Source: an uncultured Gammaproteobacteria bacterium (lineage in GTDB: Bacteria; Pseudomonadota; Gammaproteobacteria; JAURND01). From it: a stretch of DNA of 64,000 nt. Position 1 is the first letter of the stretch; every line of letters begins with the position of its first letter. A model generated the notes under the pieces. It worked only from the letters and a program-made list of their open reading frames with translations. It was not told the origin of the DNA and searched no databases. This document shows positions 19,250-30,450 of the stretch, piece by piece. The stretch is taken from assembly GCA_963714975.1 (NCBI GenBank), contig CAVQQD010000003.1, positions 64,001 to 128,000 on the forward strand, read 5' to 3'. A program made the translations under genes and the position numbers.

Positions 19250-21281
19250 TTTTTATCATAATCAGCCTCCCATCCCAGTGCAAAGACTGCATGATGGGCG
19301 GTTGTTGATTTGCGGGTACGGTGATTGTTTTATGCGGAAGGGAGCCAAGATCCTGAGTGAAAATAGCCTGGGCTTGCTCATACAACAGCCGAATTTGTTC
19401 GGGAGTTAACGATACGGCTTGCTTATGTGGTCGGGGAATATAATAACTTAAATTACCCAACCATAAGAATTCCTTAGCATCGGTTAACAATACATTCGAC
19501 TTCCATAACACAAAATTAATTTGCCGCTGCTGCGAATCCAATTTGGTCATCATCAGTACGGGAATTTGGTTTTGGTACAAGGGCAAGAATAAAGGGAGAT
19601 GCTGAACGGTATTTTTAGTATTCAGGCGGCGCAAGGTGCCTTGTAAGTCGCTATTTAAAGGATGAGTTTTCCAACCCTGGGCACTGAGTAATGCTTGAAT
19701 TTCGGGAAGTGAGCCCAGCCATTGCACATTGAGAACCGCATTAGGCTTTGCTAAACGTGATACCACGAACAAAGGAATTTCCTGAGTTTCATGTTTCCAC
19801 CAGACTGAAGTGGCCATGGATAGCTTGGGCCAATAGGGCGTATAGGCATCTTGCAAATTGCGAAAAGAAAAGCTGCCATAAACGGAGGCGATACTTAAAA
19901 TAACCACAGTAGCAAGGATACTAAGCGCCGGGCTAGTGACTGGTGTACTAGGACGAGCAAAATAAGCGATGGCTAGCGCGAGAATACAGGCCAAAGCCAA
20001 AAAAGCGCCGCCGAGTACATCGGTCAGCCAATGGGCCCCCAGATAAATACGCGAAAGTCCCACTAAGCTGACAATAATCGCCGCAGTGAGATAGGCTAAG
20101 TGGCGTCGTGTTGGCAGCCAGGTGCGAGCTACTAAGATAGCGAGGAAACCATACACCGCAACACTTAAAACCACATGGCCGCTAGGAAAAGAAGAGCTTA
20201 AATCCAGCGCTAAAATCCCTCCAGGACGAGGGGAGTAGTAGAGATATTTGATCAAATAAGCTAAAGATCCACTTAAGCTCAGAGCTGCCAGCCAATGCCA
20301 AGCCGCTCGATAATAACGCTGCCACAGTAACCATACGAAAATAATAGCGCCTGCGGGCAGTAATACCTTCTTCTCACCCAACAGCGTGGCAGCGATCATT
20401 ACATTGTTGCCGACCTGGGTGTGAATACTGCTCAATAATTGCGAGACCGGCTGGCTCAGATGCACAATGCCAAAATTGAGCACTACGCTGATAAAGATCC
20501 AGGCGAACAGCCCAAGGAATAACAGCACGAACGTCAGCAAAATAAGTTGCCGATGTCGATCTGGATCAGCAGGATTTCCCAAGAGGTGGGTAAAGCCCCG
20601 GGTCTTGGCGCATAGCTCTAAACGCTGCCAGATTTTTTGCGCCAGGACATCAATGCCTTGGGCAACTTTCTTAAATGACAGATGAATCATCACAACAAAA
20701 ATCCAGCCAAAGGCAACTAGAGCGAGTATTGATAAAATAAATTTCGTCGCAGTCGCAGGAGGTAATTCAAGAGACAAAGCGCCTACTAAAATGCCAGGAC
20801 CGACGTAAACCAATGACCACAAAAAGGCCGAGGGCAAAGCGGCAAGAATAAAGCGCAGGAGCTGCATGTGCATCAGTCCAGCAATCAGCGGCACCACGCT
20901 ACGTACCGGGCCAACGAAACGCCCGATAATGATACTCTTGCCGCCATGCTTGTAGAAAAAAGATTCCCCTAAACTAATCCAATGCGGATATTTGCGAAAA
21001 GGCCAAATATTGCGAATGCGCTCGTTATAATAACTACCGAGCCAAAAGCTAAACAAATCACCGGTGAATGCACCCAATACTGACCATGAAAAGGTCGAAA
21101 CTAGCGGCATTGCCCCACTACCAATCAAAGCGCCAATCGCTGTCATGGTCACGGAACCCGGAATGACAGTCCCTAATAATGGCAGGGATTCAGAAAAGGC
21201 AATGATGAACACCAGCAACCAACCAATATGGGGATGCTGATGCAGGTAACTTACTAAATTATGGACGATGGGAAACTCCAT
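19200..21281 (-). CDS. DedA/VTT + PAP2 phosphatase membrane protein (LssY-like)
   Basis: FSES..G.VIPG, GRFVGPVR, SFPSGH, SRIYLGAHWLTDV. Confidence 0.9.
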   Translation of the reverse strand: MEFPIVHNLVSYLHQHPHIGWLLVFIIAFSESLPLLGTVIPGSVTMTAIGALIGSGAMPLVSTFSWSVLGAFTGDLFSFWLGSYYNERIRNIWPFRKYPHWISLGESFFYKHGGKSIIIGRFVGPVRSVVPLIAGLMHMQLLRFILAALPSAFLWSLVYVGPGILVGALSLELPPATATKFILSILALVAFGWIFVVMIHLSFKKVAQGIDVLAQKIWQRLELCAKTRGFTHLLGNPADPDRHRQLILLTFVLLFLGLFAWIFISVVLNFGIVHLSQPVSQLLSSIHTQVGNNVMIAATLLGEKKVLLPAGAIIFVWLLWQRYYRAAWHWLAALSLSGSLAYLIKYLYYSPRPGGILALDLSSSFPSGHVVLSVAVYGFLAILVARTWLPTRRHLAYLTAAIIVSLVGLSRIYLGAHWLTDVLGGAFLALACILALAIAYFARPSTPVTSPALSILATVVILSIASVYGSFSFRNLQDAYTPYWPKLSMATSVWWKHETQEIPLFVVSRLAKPNAVLNVQWLGSLPEIQALLSAQGWKTHPLNSDLQGTLRRLNTKNTVQHLPLFLPLYQNQIPVLMMTKLDSQQRQINFVLWKSNVLLTDAKEFLWLGNLSYYIPRPHKQAVSLTPEQIRLLYEQAQAIFTQDLGSLPHKTITVPANQQPPIMQSLHWDGRLIMIKIPSPPPERQRGKVGEG

Positions 21282-21283
21282 GC

Positions 21284-22216
21284 TTACGAGACCTTTTCCC
21301 CAGCAGCTTGTCTATCTGCATGATAAGAAGAACGTACTAATGGCCCGCTGGCGACTTGTGAAAAGCCCAGGTTTTGGGCTAGTTCGCCGAGTGCTGCAAA
21401 TTCGGCCGGAGTCACATAACGCAGCACAGGGGCATGATAGCGGCTTGGTGCTAAATATTGGCCAATGGTCAGCATGTCCACTTGGTGAGCACGTAGATCC
21501 GCCAAGGTTTGTTCTACCTCTTGCAGTGTTTCCCCGAGGCCCAACATAATCCCTGATTTGGTGGGAATATGTGGGAACAAGCGTTTGTGTTCCTGTAATA
21601 GCTGTAGCGACCAGGCGTAATCGGAACCCGGGCGAATTGCTTTGTAGAGTCGAGGAACGGTTTCGATATTATGGTTCAATACATCGGCCGGGGCTTTAGC
21701 TAATTCTTCCAGTGCCTTGGCCATGCGGCCACGAAAATCAGGCACGAGGGTTTCAATTTTGATGCCAGGACTCTGGAGTCGTACTGCACGCACGCACGCT
21801 GCAAAGTGGGCCGCGCCACCATCACGCAGATCATCACGATCGACGGAGGTAATCACGACATATTTTAATTCCATGGCTAGGATGGTTTGGGCCAAATTAT
21901 CTGGCTCCTTGGGATCTAGAGGGTCAGGACGGCCATGGGCCACATCACAAAACGCGCAACGGCGGGTACATTTGTCGCCCATAATCATAAAAGTGGCGGT
22001 ACCATGGCTAAAACATTCCGGTAAGTTGGGGCAAGAGGCCTCTTCACACACGGTCTTGAGGTGATTGGCGCGCAGCAATTTTTTGAGACGAGGAATGCTA
22101 TTATCCAGCGGCAATTTAACCCGCAACCAAAGCGGCTTTTTGAGCGGTGGATCATCAGAGGAGATAATTTTTACTGGAATACGTCGGAGTTTGTCTGCTG
22201 CTCGTTGTTTAGTCAT
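21284..22216 (-). CDS. lipA: Lipoyl synthase
   Basis: [27 protein letters not shown]; start reset to MTKQ. Confidence 0.96.
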   Translation of the reverse strand: MTKQRAADKLRRIPVKIISSDDPPLKKPLWLRVKLPLDNSIPRLKKLLRANHLKTVCEEASCPNLPECFSHGTATFMIMGDKCTRRCAFCDVAHGRPDPLDPKEPDNLAQTILAMELKYVVITSVDRDDLRDGGAAHFAACVRAVRLQSPGIKIETLVPDFRGRMAKALEELAKAPADVLNHNIETVPRLYKAIRPGSDYAWSLQLLQEHKRLFPHIPTKSGIMLGLGETLQEVEQTLADLRAHQVDMLTIGQYLAPSRYHAPVLRYVTPAEFAALGELAQNLGFSQVASGPLVRSSYHADRQAAGEKVS

Positions 22217-22223
22217 AAAAACC

Positions 22224-22892
22224 TCAAGTCCCCTCTCCCCCAACCGTTTTTGTTGGTGGGAGAGGGTTAGGGAGAGGGGTATACCCAAAATTAGCCATAA
22301 TATGCTTAAGTAATCCAGGTGCTACGGCTGCTATTTCGATTTTGCCAATGAGCTCGCTGAGCTGAGTAATACGTAAATTTTTGTAGCCGCAGGGGTTAAT
22401 CCGCTGAAAAGGTTCTAAATCCATATTTATATTAAACGCGATTCCATGATATGAACAGCCTTTTCGCACTCGTAAGCCGATAGAACAAATTTTGGCTCCC
22501 TGCACATACACTCCAGGGGCCGCTTCGTTGTTTTCTGCCTGAATAGTATAATCGGCCAGGAGGTCGATGATCGATTTTTCTAACCTACGCACCATCTGCC
22601 GAATGCCGATTTTTAAGCGCCGTAAATCAAGTAGCGCATAGGCCACCAGTTGGCCTGGCCCATGATAAGTCACCTGCCCACCTCGATCAGTCGCAATGAC
22701 CGGAATTGATCCAGGATTTAAGACATGCTCTGCTTTTCCCGCCAGCCCTTGGGTGAATACCGCCGGATGCTCAAGCAGCCAGAGTTCGTCCGGGGTTTGT
22801 GCATCACGCTGTTCGGTGAAATCTTGCATTCGTTGGCAAGTCTGCTGGTAATCTTGCAGACCAAGGCGGCGAATAATAAGCTTGTGGGTCAT
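22224..22892 (-). CDS. lipB: Octanoyltransferase
   Basis: [29 protein letters not shown]; start reset to MTHK. The C-terminal [16 protein letters not shown] is encoded by a palindrome (22229-22280). Confidence 0.95.
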   Translation of the reverse strand: MTHKLIIRRLGLQDYQQTCQRMQDFTEQRDAQTPDELWLLEHPAVFTQGLAGKAEHVLNPGSIPVIATDRGGQVTYHGPGQLVAYALLDLRRLKIGIRQMVRRLEKSIIDLLADYTIQAENNEAAPGVYVQGAKICSIGLRVRKGCSYHGIAFNINMDLEPFQRINPCGYKNLRITQLSELIGKIEIAAVAPGLLKHIMANFGYTPLPNPLPPTKTVGGEGT

Positions 22893-22928
22893 ATCACTGC
22901 ATCCTTCAAGCCGCGCTAAACAAGTAGC

Positions 22929-23052
22929 GGCGCGGGGGGCCATAGCCAAAGGGGTGACCCGCGCAGGGTCAACAACGCCGCGCGCAGCGTGCGAGCACGG
23001 CGGGTTGCCCGCGCGGCAGGACCCCGAAGGCGGGCGGGTGGTGCCCCGCGCC
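22929..23052. repeat. GC-rich structured intergenic element (GGGTGAC...GGCAGGACCC core family)
   Basis: Outer arms ggcgcgggg/ccccgcgcc; core shared with 49280, 50943 and 56254. Confidence 0.7.
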
Positions 23053-23055
23053 AGG

Positions 23056-23922
23056 TTATGAAGCGGAGGTATTCTTATACCCCTGATAAAGCTGTAACAT
23101 CCGCAACGAGATTGGTCCGACCTTGCCGTTTCCGATCACCGAATTATTGATGCGCACGATGGGTAAGACTTCTTTGATGGAACCGGTCATCCATACCTCG
23201 TCTGCTGCAAACAAACTGGCTTCAGGAATAGACTCTTCACGGAAGGGCAAATGATTTTTTTCTGCCAACTGCAGCAACAAATTACGAGTGACTCCAGGTA
23301 AAATCTCATGCGTAGTTGGGGGAGTGATAATGACGCCCTCTTTGACGATGAATAAATTACTAATGGCACCCTCTATTGCCATCCCGTCGCGAATTAAAAT
23401 AGCTTCTTTGGCATGGGCTGCTTTGGCCTGTTGGGCCAACAGTACATTGGGCAATAAGGAAATAGCTTTAATATGACACCACTGCCAACGAATATCTGGC
23501 ACGGTAATAGCCCGGGCGCCTTTCTCTAATTCTGCTGCTGTGCTTGGGCTGGTCTCTGAACATTGCATAAAAAATGTCGGCGGCACTTTGACTGGAAAAC
23601 AATGCTCGCGATTTTCAGCAGCTCCGCGGGTTATTTGAATATAAATAGCGCGGTCAGCCCCTTGTTCTGGATTGCGCAGCATGAGTTGCTGGCACAAGGA
23701 AATAATCTGCCCATCCTCTTGGCCAAATGGCAGATTAATTGCCGCTAAACTGTTACGCAAGCGTTGCAAATGTTCCTTGGCCAAAAACAGCTGATGATTA
23801 AATACTGGAATTATTTCGTAAACGCCATCGCCAAATAAAAAGCCACGATCCATCACCGAAATATACGCTTTATCTACGGGTAAAAATTCCCCGTTTAAAA
23901 AAACTATGCGTGACGTGGTCAT
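23056..23922 (-). CDS. dat: D-amino-acid aminotransferase (class IV PLP)
   Basis: DRGFLFGDGVYE, IKAISLL, ILPGVTR; adjacent to dacA. Confidence 0.85.
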   Translation of the reverse strand: MTTSRIVFLNGEFLPVDKAYISVMDRGFLFGDGVYEIIPVFNHQLFLAKEHLQRLRNSLAAINLPFGQEDGQIISLCQQLMLRNPEQGADRAIYIQITRGAAENREHCFPVKVPPTFFMQCSETSPSTAAELEKGARAITVPDIRWQWCHIKAISLLPNVLLAQQAKAAHAKEAILIRDGMAIEGAISNLFIVKEGVIITPPTTHEILPGVTRNLLLQLAEKNHLPFREESIPEASLFAADEVWMTGSIKEVLPIVRINNSVIGNGKVGPISLRMLQLYQGYKNTSAS

Positions 23923-25322
23923 GCTGAATGAAACCAGCGTTGAAACAGCAGTGAAACATGGTCAAATAACCGACTTAACATCCACGCTTGGGGATTGTTT
24001 TGCAGTGCCACCAAGGGTTGTGAAGAGATGACTTGGTTATTGAGTACCACATCCATTTGGCCATAGCCCTGTCCCTTGATAATCGGGGCACTAAAGGGTT
24101 TGGCCACATTGGCTACTGTATTCACTTGCTTGATATCTTGTCCCACCGGTAGGGTGACATAAAGGTCTTGAGCTAAACCCAGGGGGGTATTTTTGTCTTT
24201 TCCATACCAAGTGCGTTGGTTCACTACCTGGGTATTTTGGGCATAAAGTTTGCGGGTTTGGAAGAAACGAAATCCGTAATTAAATAAGGCTTCAATATCG
24301 TTAGCGCGTTGCTTGGTGCTGGGGGAACCCATGACGACCGCGATCAGGCGCATATTGCCTCGTTTAGCAGACGCAACTAAACAATAGCCAGCGTCATCAG
24401 TAAAACCAGTTTTTAAACCGTCAACCGAAGGATCTCGCCACAATAAGAGATTGCGATTGGGCTGTTTGATATTGTTATAGAACATCCATTTTTGGCTATA
24501 CCATTTATAGTCGTTCGGGTAATTTTGGATAATGGCGCGAGATAAAATGGCCAAATCGAAAGGGCTAGTATAGTTTTGGGGATCAGGTAACCCAGTCGCA
24601 TCGGCATAGTGAGTTTTCTGCATACCCAGTTGAGCTGCGGTTTTATTCATCAGGTCGACAAAAGAGCCTTCAGTGCCAGCAATATGCTCGGCAAGCGCAA
24701 TCGAGGCGTCATTTCCGGAAGCGACCACGATGCCATTGACTAAGTCACTGACCGGAACTTGGGTGCCAACTTGAATAAACATCCGTGACCCGCCGGTACG
24801 CCAAGCATTTTCGCTGGTCATCACTAAGTCAGTTAATTTGACGCGCCCACTTTTTATTACTCCCGAGACGACGTACATGGTCATCAGCTTGGTTAAACTG
24901 GCCGGTGGCGCCGGGACATCAGCATTTTTTTGGGTGATGATGTAGCCGCTATCCGCATCAATCAGTAAGTAATTTCTCGCATTGACTTGCGGTGGGATGG
25001 GGACAATGTTCGGTGTTTTAGCCTTGGGAACGGGAGTTGCAGCGGGCACAGGGGCTTGGAAGCTCTTGGCCGCAGGGGAAGGAACAAAGGCGGCAGTAGG
25101 CGCTGGAGCCGCGGAGGCTGTCGCTAACTTTGCGTCTGTTGGTTTTGTTTCGGCTGATGTTGATTCTGAGGCGTCCGGAGCTTTCGCCCCGCTGCTCCCA
25201 CTGAGCATCGGTAAAATACCAGCGCCGCCGCTAGAAGATGAGGAGGGTTGGGTTTCAGCCAAGGTGCTAAAACTCATTAAGCCAGCCAGACAGGCCACGC
25301 CGAGTATCTTGATAACTTTCAT
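23919..25322 (-). CDS. dacA: D-Ala-D-Ala carboxypeptidase (PBP5/6) with Ala/Pro/Ser-rich N-terminal extension
   Basis: PASLTK, SGN, KTG motifs; signal peptide. Confidence 0.92.
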   Translation of the reverse strand: MKVIKILGVACLAGLMSFSTLAETQPSSSSSGGAGILPMLSGSSGAKAPDASESTSAETKPTDAKLATASAAPAPTAAFVPSPAAKSFQAPVPAATPVPKAKTPNIVPIPPQVNARNYLLIDADSGYIITQKNADVPAPPASLTKLMTMYVVSGVIKSGRVKLTDLVMTSENAWRTGGSRMFIQVGTQVPVSDLVNGIVVASGNDASIALAEHIAGTEGSFVDLMNKTAAQLGMQKTHYADATGLPDPQNYTSPFDLAILSRAIIQNYPNDYKWYSQKWMFYNNIKQPNRNLLLWRDPSVDGLKTGFTDDAGYCLVASAKRGNMRLIAVVMGSPSTKQRANDIEALFNYGFRFFQTRKLYAQNTQVVNQRTWYGKDKNTPLGLAQDLYVTLPVGQDIKQVNTVANVAKPFSAPIIKGQGYGQMDVVLNNQVISSQPLVALQNNPQAWMLSRLFDHVSLLFQRWFHSA

Positions 25323-25340
25323 ATTGGAGATCCTTTTAGA

Positions 25341-25859
25341 TTAAATAGCGGTCACCCGCACGTAGGCAGTTCCTTTACTGGTATAACCAAGTTGTTTTGC
25401 TGCTGCATAAGAAAGATCGATGATGCGTTGGGAATGAAAGGGGCCTCGATCATTGATTTTGACCACCACGCTGCGTCCGTTTTCTAAGTTGGTCACTCGT
25501 ACATAGGAAGGGATGGGTAGCGTAGTGCTAGCGGCGGTCAGGCTGTACATATTATAGCGCTCTCTGCTGGAGGTACGATGGCCATGGAATCTATTGCCAT
25601 ACCAAGAGGCATAACCTTTTCGATCGTAGCCCTTGGCATTGTTCATCACATAATAACGCTTGCGCCCAACTCGGTAGGAGGTGGGGTTACCGTATTTGCC
25701 GCGAGGCTCTGCTTTGGGAACTGCACCGGGGATAGCTTGAGCATTAAAATAACCCGATGTGCCGTAACCATTGATGCTACTACAACCACTTATCAGCAGC
25801 ACCGTCAAGGCAAAAATCACCAAACCACGCAGTTTCACGAAGGCTCTTTTAATTTTCAT
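25341..25859 (-). CDS. rlpA: RlpA-family lytic transglycosylase lipoprotein (start uncertain)
   Basis: Lipobox ISGC, GYASWYG, INDRGPF, RIIDLS. Confidence 0.9.
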   Translation of the reverse strand: MKIKRAFVKLRGLVIFALTVLLISGCSSINGYGTSGYFNAQAIPGAVPKAEPRGKYGNPTSYRVGRKRYYVMNNAKGYDRKGYASWYGNRFHGHRTSSRERYNMYSLTAASTTLPIPSYVRVTNLENGRSVVVKINDRGPFHSQRIIDLSYAAAKQLGYTSKGTAYVRVTAI

Positions 25860-25915
25860 GGAGCCAAAAGATAAAGGTTCTTGCGCCAAAGGTCAAGTCT
25901 CATGTCGAAGAGGGG

Positions 25916-26875
25916 CTAAGCCCTAACGCCGTATTTCATTAACCGTTCATAGCGGCGCTCCAGCAAATCTTTGGTGCTTAAGCGCTGTAAGTTTGCAATG
26001 CTCGAGGATAAAACTCCCTTCAAAGTTTGTGCCATTTGTTCTATATCGCGATGCGCTCCGCCTAAGGGTTCTTTGATGATTTTATCAATGAGTCCTAATT
26101 TACTGAGACGTTCGGCCGTCACACCCATATTTTCAGCGGCTTCAGGGGCTCGATCGGCACTTTTCCATAAAATAGATGCACAACCTTCCGGAGAAATAAC
26201 TGAATAAATGCTGTATTCCAACATGAAAAGGCTATCACCAAAGCCAATCGCTAAAGCTCCCCCAGAACCGCCTTCGCCAGTGACCACACAAATAATCGGG
26301 GTTTTTAAGCGTGAGATGACAAATAAATTGCGGGCGATTGCTTCACTTTGGTTGCGTTCTTCAGCATCAATGCCTGGGTAGGCGCCTGGAGTATCGATAA
26401 AAGTAATGACCGGCAGCTTGAAGCGTTCTGCCAGCTCCATGAGACGTAATGCCTTGCGATAATCCTCAGGCTTGGGCATACCAAAATTACGCTCTACCTT
26501 TTCTTTGGTCGTGCGCCCTTTTTGGTGTCCTAGTATCATCACTGGCTCACATTCCAGCCGTGCCAAACCGCCGACGATGGTAAATCCGCTAGAAAAATGG
26601 CGATCCCCATGCAGTTCGTCGAAATCAGTAAAAATGCGGGCGACATATTCTAAAAAATTGGGGCGTAAGGGATGGCGTGCCATTTGGACAATTTGTGCTG
26701 AGGTGAGTTGCGCAAATATGCTGCGAGTTAAATCTCTGCTCTTGGCTTCCAGGCGGGAGATTTCTTCGTAAATATTGATTTCGGAGTCAGCACCCACATG
26801 GCGCAGCTCTTCGATCTTGGCTTCCAGCTCAGCAATTGGCCGCTCAAAATCGAGGAAATTTAAATTATTCATCAT
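25916..26875 (-). CDS. accA: Acetyl-CoA carboxylase carboxyltransferase alpha
   Basis: [25 protein letters not shown]; RBS GGAG before 26875. Confidence 0.96.
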   Translation of the reverse strand: MMNNLNFLDFERPIAELEAKIEELRHVGADSEINIYEEISRLEAKSRDLTRSIFAQLTSAQIVQMARHPLRPNFLEYVARIFTDFDELHGDRHFSSGFTIVGGLARLECEPVMILGHQKGRTTKEKVERNFGMPKPEDYRKALRLMELAERFKLPVITFIDTPGAYPGIDAEERNQSEAIARNLFVISRLKTPIICVVTGEGGSGGALAIGFGDSLFMLEYSIYSVISPEGCASILWKSADRAPEAAENMGVTAERLSKLGLIDKIIKEPLGGAHRDIEQMAQTLKGVLSSSIANLQRLSTKDLLERRYERLMKYGVRA

Positions 26876-26960
26876 TACTGCTCCCATTTTATAAGGGCGG
26901 TATGATAGCATTGTGGTCGTTGAATTGTCACTTGCGCAATGGGAAAGCACCAGGTTTGGC

Positions 26961-27010
26961 TCACCTCTCATCCGGCCTGCGGTCACCTTCTCCCACAAGG
27001 GGAGGAAGAA
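26961..27010. repeat. REP-like palindrome between accA and hldE
   Basis: cctctcatccggcctgcggtcaccttctcccacaaggggaggaag. Confidence 0.7.
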
Positions 27011-27043
27011 TAATGTCGATGGTTTATATGTTGGAATTTTTTT

Positions 27044-28480
27044 ATGCGAATTGAGATTCCTCATTATGATGATGTACGCATCCTAGTTATTGGCGATGTG
27101 ATGCTGGACCGCTATTGGCATGGCCAAGCGGGGCGCATTTCTCCTGAAGCGCCAGTACCGGTATTGCATGTGACCCATCAGCTAGAACGAGCCGGGGGTG
27201 CAGGTAATGTCGCATTGAATCTGCACGCGCTAGGCTGTCACGTGAAATTGCTGAGTATCATCGGTGATGACCATGCCGGCGCCATATTGAAAAATGAACT
27301 ACAACAAGCGGGAATTGATTATACCCTGGAGCCGGTGGCCGGATGGGATACGATCACCAAAGTTCGGGTGTTGGGGCGCAATCAACAATTAGTCCGGGTT
27401 GATTTTGAACAACCCATAAAAGCGGCCAAAACAGACTGTTTACTCACCTATGCTCAAGCTCACATCCACGACGCCAATATATTGGTGTTATCGGATTATG
27501 CTAAGGGCGCCTTGCAACAAGCTCCCGCCATGATTGCCTTGGCTAAAGCGGCCGGTGTGCCAATTTTAATTGATCCCAAGAGTAGCGACTTCAGTGTGTA
27601 TCGGGGCGCGACTTTAGTGACCCCTAATTTAAAAGAATTTGAAGCGGTGGTGGGCTCCTGTGCTAACCAGCAGGATTTGATAGAAAAGGGTTATGCCTTA
27701 ATGCGAGCCCATGATATCAATGCCCTGCTAGTGACCCAAGGTGAACAGGGCATGACTTTGTTGCAACAAGGCCAACTGCCTGTTTACCTACCCACCCGCG
27801 CGCAAGAAGTATATGACGTCACGGGAGCTGGCGATACCGTAATTGCGGTTTTGGCTGCTAGCCTAGCTGCGGGGGAATCTTTAGAAATTAGTGCCACGCT
27901 AGCTAACATTGCCGCAGGAATTGTCATTCGAAAACTCGGGGCTGCGAGTGTTTCTGTACCTGAATTGCGTCGAGCCTTACAGCGCTTGCAAGGCTCGGCT
28001 TTTGGGATATTAAAAGAAGAAGAATTATTAATTGCTGTCGAAGATGCCCGTGCCCATGGCGAAAAAATTGTCATGACTAATGGCTGTTTTGATATCTTAC
28101 ATGCCGGCCATATTGAGTATTTAGAGCAAGCGCGGGAGCTTGGGCATCGCCTCATTGTGGCCATTAATGATGATGCTTCAGTGCAGCGACTGAAAGGATC
28201 TTCGCGCCCGATTAATCCTTTGGCGGCACGAATGGCGGTGATTTCAGCATTACGCGCGGTCGACTGGGTAGTGCCTTTTACTGAAGATACTCCACAGCGC
28301 TTAATTTCCTGCGTCAAGCCAGATATTTTGGTCAAAGGTGCGGATTACCAAATTCACGAAATTGCTGGAGCTGCCGAAGTTATTGCGGCTGGTGGTATCG
28401 TTAAGACTTTGCCTTTAAAACCTGATCATTCGACTTCGGGGATTATTCGGAGAGTCCAAGCGGGGGGGTATTATATTTGA
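27044..28480 (+). CDS. hldE: Bifunctional heptose-7-P kinase / heptose-1-P adenylyltransferase
   Basis: [38 protein letters not shown]. Confidence 0.96.
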   Translation: MRIEIPHYDDVRILVIGDVMLDRYWHGQAGRISPEAPVPVLHVTHQLERAGGAGNVALNLHALGCHVKLLSIIGDDHAGAILKNELQQAGIDYTLEPVAGWDTITKVRVLGRNQQLVRVDFEQPIKAAKTDCLLTYAQAHIHDANILVLSDYAKGALQQAPAMIALAKAAGVPILIDPKSSDFSVYRGATLVTPNLKEFEAVVGSCANQQDLIEKGYALMRAHDINALLVTQGEQGMTLLQQGQLPVYLPTRAQEVYDVTGAGDTVIAVLAASLAAGESLEISATLANIAAGIVIRKLGAASVSVPELRRALQRLQGSAFGILKEEELLIAVEDARAHGEKIVMTNGCFDILHAGHIEYLEQARELGHRLIVAINDDASVQRLKGSSRPINPLAARMAVISALRAVDWVVPFTEDTPQRLISCVKPDILVKGADYQIHEIAGAAEVIAAGGIVKTLPLKPDHSTSGIIRRVQAGGYYI

Positions 28481-29271
28481 AACTCCGAAAAAACCCCTTC
28501 TGCAACCCACTGCCTTAAATTTTCTGCAGCAAACAAAACGACCTTATCTTCCTCCATAAATTGGCATAAGGTATCGCAGACCTCGGCAAAAGTTTGGCCC
28601 CCCTGGACAGCCGTCAACATCCGATATTGTTCTGGCGATAAAGAGCGAAATAGTACCCGAAGATCAAAGCGCCAAATTAACCAGGGCTCTGGAGAGTCGG
28701 TATGGATTAGTTCGGGTCTTGCTACGGTTGCTTGCTCTTCTTCCTCTTCGGCTTCTTTTTGTAAAGCATTGACGAGCTCGGGGGTTGGATAAGCGAAGCC
28801 GAGGATTTGTGTAGAAGGATGCAATTTTAAGCTCAATTGCCCCCAACTTTCCGGGTTCAATTTCGCTAATTCATCAAAGGTTAAATGAGGCCCGTCTGCT
28901 GCATCCATCGAGTTTTCAATCGCCCATTCATAGGCTGTTATTTCAACCAATAGTGGATCGGAGTCAGGATGAGTGGTTAAAAATTTACTAAAATGGCGAC
29001 CAAAATAACGGATAGAAAAATGGTTAGAGGGATAGCTGCTAATATAATCGCGGCCAAAACGTTCAAATAATTCATCCCCCACAAAAGTGTGGAGAGCGCC
29101 GAAATTTTTGTATAGCAGTTCAAGCAAACGTAAAGAATAACCCTCGTGATACACGTCCATGCGTCGCTGACGAAATGCTTGATCTTCTCCCGCGATTTCT
29201 GCGGTGATGGTGTTTTCTTTATCTAATACATAGGATTGGAACTGTTCAAAAGTCTCCTGTAAGCGACTCAT
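28471..29271 (-). CDS. MNIO partner protein (DUF2063, BufC/HvfC-like)
   Basis: R..VY...Y..RL...L...F pattern, VGDELF, FG..F..FL, LHPS; translationally coupled to the DUF692 gene. Confidence 0.85.
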   Translation of the reverse strand: MSRLQETFEQFQSYVLDKENTITAEIAGEDQAFRQRRMDVYHEGYSLRLLELLYKNFGALHTFVGDELFERFGRDYISSYPSNHFSIRYFGRHFSKFLTTHPDSDPLLVEITAYEWAIENSMDAADGPHLTFDELAKLNPESWGQLSLKLHPSTQILGFAYPTPELVNALQKEAEEEEEQATVARPELIHTDSPEPWLIWRFDLRVLFRSLSPEQYRMLTAVQGGQTFAEVCDTLCQFMEEDKVVLFAAENLRQWVAEGVFSEFQI

Positions 29272-30110
29272 GCGACCTCCACGGGTTTTTCCAAAACTTT
29301 TCGTGCTAGAGATCGTGCTTGGTTAAGTTCCAGCAATAATTCTTCAAGAGGGGGGATGTTATCGTCGCGCTCAATCAAAGTAGAGACCGGGCCAAAATGT
29401 TTTAATGCTACTTCGTAGAGGCTCCAGACGTCAGGAATAATCGGTTCATCATGGGTATCGACAATATGGGTTCCACAGTTCGTATGGCCTGCCAAATGAA
29501 ATTGTTTCACTCGATGTGCAGGCACGCCTTTAATAAATTCAACTGGGTCAAAATGATGGTTAAAGGAGCTGACAAAAATATTGTTTATATCCAATAAAAG
29601 ATTGCAATCGGCTTGCTCGCTCACTGCGGTGATAAACTCCCACTCAGTCATGGTCGATTGTGCATAGGTCACATAAGTGGAAACATTTTCTAAGAGAATT
29701 TGTCGCCCCAGAAAATCTTGTACTTGTGAGATGCGACTTACCAAGTGTTTGATGGATTCTTCTGTATAAGGTATGGGTAGTAAATCATGTAAATTAATAC
29801 CGTGGGCGCCTGTCCAACAAAAGTGATCTGAGATCCATGCTGGTTGAATACGATCGGCTAAATTTCGTACCTGTTGCAAGTAATCTCGATCCAGTGGATC
29901 TATCCCACCAATAGAAAGAGAAACTCCGTGCATCACGATAGGATAGCGTTCACGAACACGATTGAGATAATAAATGGGTCTGCCGCCAGGAACTAAAAAA
30001 TCTTCAGTGATAATTTCAAACCAATCAATCGGGGACTCGGTATTGAGAATGTCTTGATAGTGTGAAGGTCTTAATCCTAAGCCAAAACCAAGATAGGGAA
30101 AATTTTGCAT
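29268..30110 (-). CDS. Multinuclear non-heme iron oxidative enzyme (DUF692/MNIO, BufB/HvfB-like)
   Basis: [40 protein letters not shown]. Confidence 0.95.
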   Translation of the reverse strand: MQNFPYLGFGLGLRPSHYQDILNTESPIDWFEIITEDFLVPGGRPIYYLNRVRERYPIVMHGVSLSIGGIDPLDRDYLQQVRNLADRIQPAWISDHFCWTGAHGINLHDLLPIPYTEESIKHLVSRISQVQDFLGRQILLENVSTYVTYAQSTMTEWEFITAVSEQADCNLLLDINNIFVSSFNHHFDPVEFIKGVPAHRVKQFHLAGHTNCGTHIVDTHDEPIIPDVWSLYEVALKHFGPVSTLIERDDNIPPLEELLLELNQARSLARKVLEKPVEVA

Positions 30111-30137
30111 GAAATTATCTTAACAAGGTACGGAAAT

Positions 30138-30169
30138 AAAAGCCGGATATCATAAGATACCCGGCTTTT
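30138..30169 (-). terminator. Intrinsic terminator/attenuator between precursor and MNIO genes
   Basis: Minus strand gccgggtatc-ttat-gatatccggc followed by TTTTATTT. Confidence 0.65.
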
Positions 30170-30207
30170 CAAACAGGCACTTGCCTGTTTTTAACTTAAA
30201 GCTATCT

Positions 30208-30450
30208 TTATTGCTGACCACCATCAACAGGAGCTACAGGAGGTGTGTTGGTATACACTCTTTTGTAGACCTTGGTGCCCTTGCAACTATGCACTTTGCA
30301 GGTTGCCCTTCCTTTACAGGTTTCAAGAGCAGCACAGTTAGTGGGTAAGTTAGCCACAGTAGCTTCACCTGATTGTTGTGTAGCGCAACCAGTTGCACCT
30401 AAGGCGACAAAAGCAACGCCGACAGTGGCAGCAAGAAATTTAGAACTCAT
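30208..30450 (-). CDS. 80-aa Cys-rich lipoprotein, putative MNIO RiPP precursor
   Basis: RBS GAGGGA; signal ending LGATG-C; core CAALETCKGRATCKVHSCKG; first gene of the DUF692 operon. Confidence 0.8.
   Translation of the reverse strand: MSSKFLAATVGVAFVALGATGCATQQSGEATVANLPTNCAALETCKGRATCKVHSCKGTKVYKRVYTNTPPVAPVDGGQQ

Noticed and set aside
26876-27064. Long N-terminal extensions in the ORF track (accA, lipA, lipB, pyrD, atpI, atpD, glmU, Rpn copy 1, MNIO precursor)
   Set aside because: They run through palindromic repeats or promoters; downstream starts with an RBS match the known protein starts.
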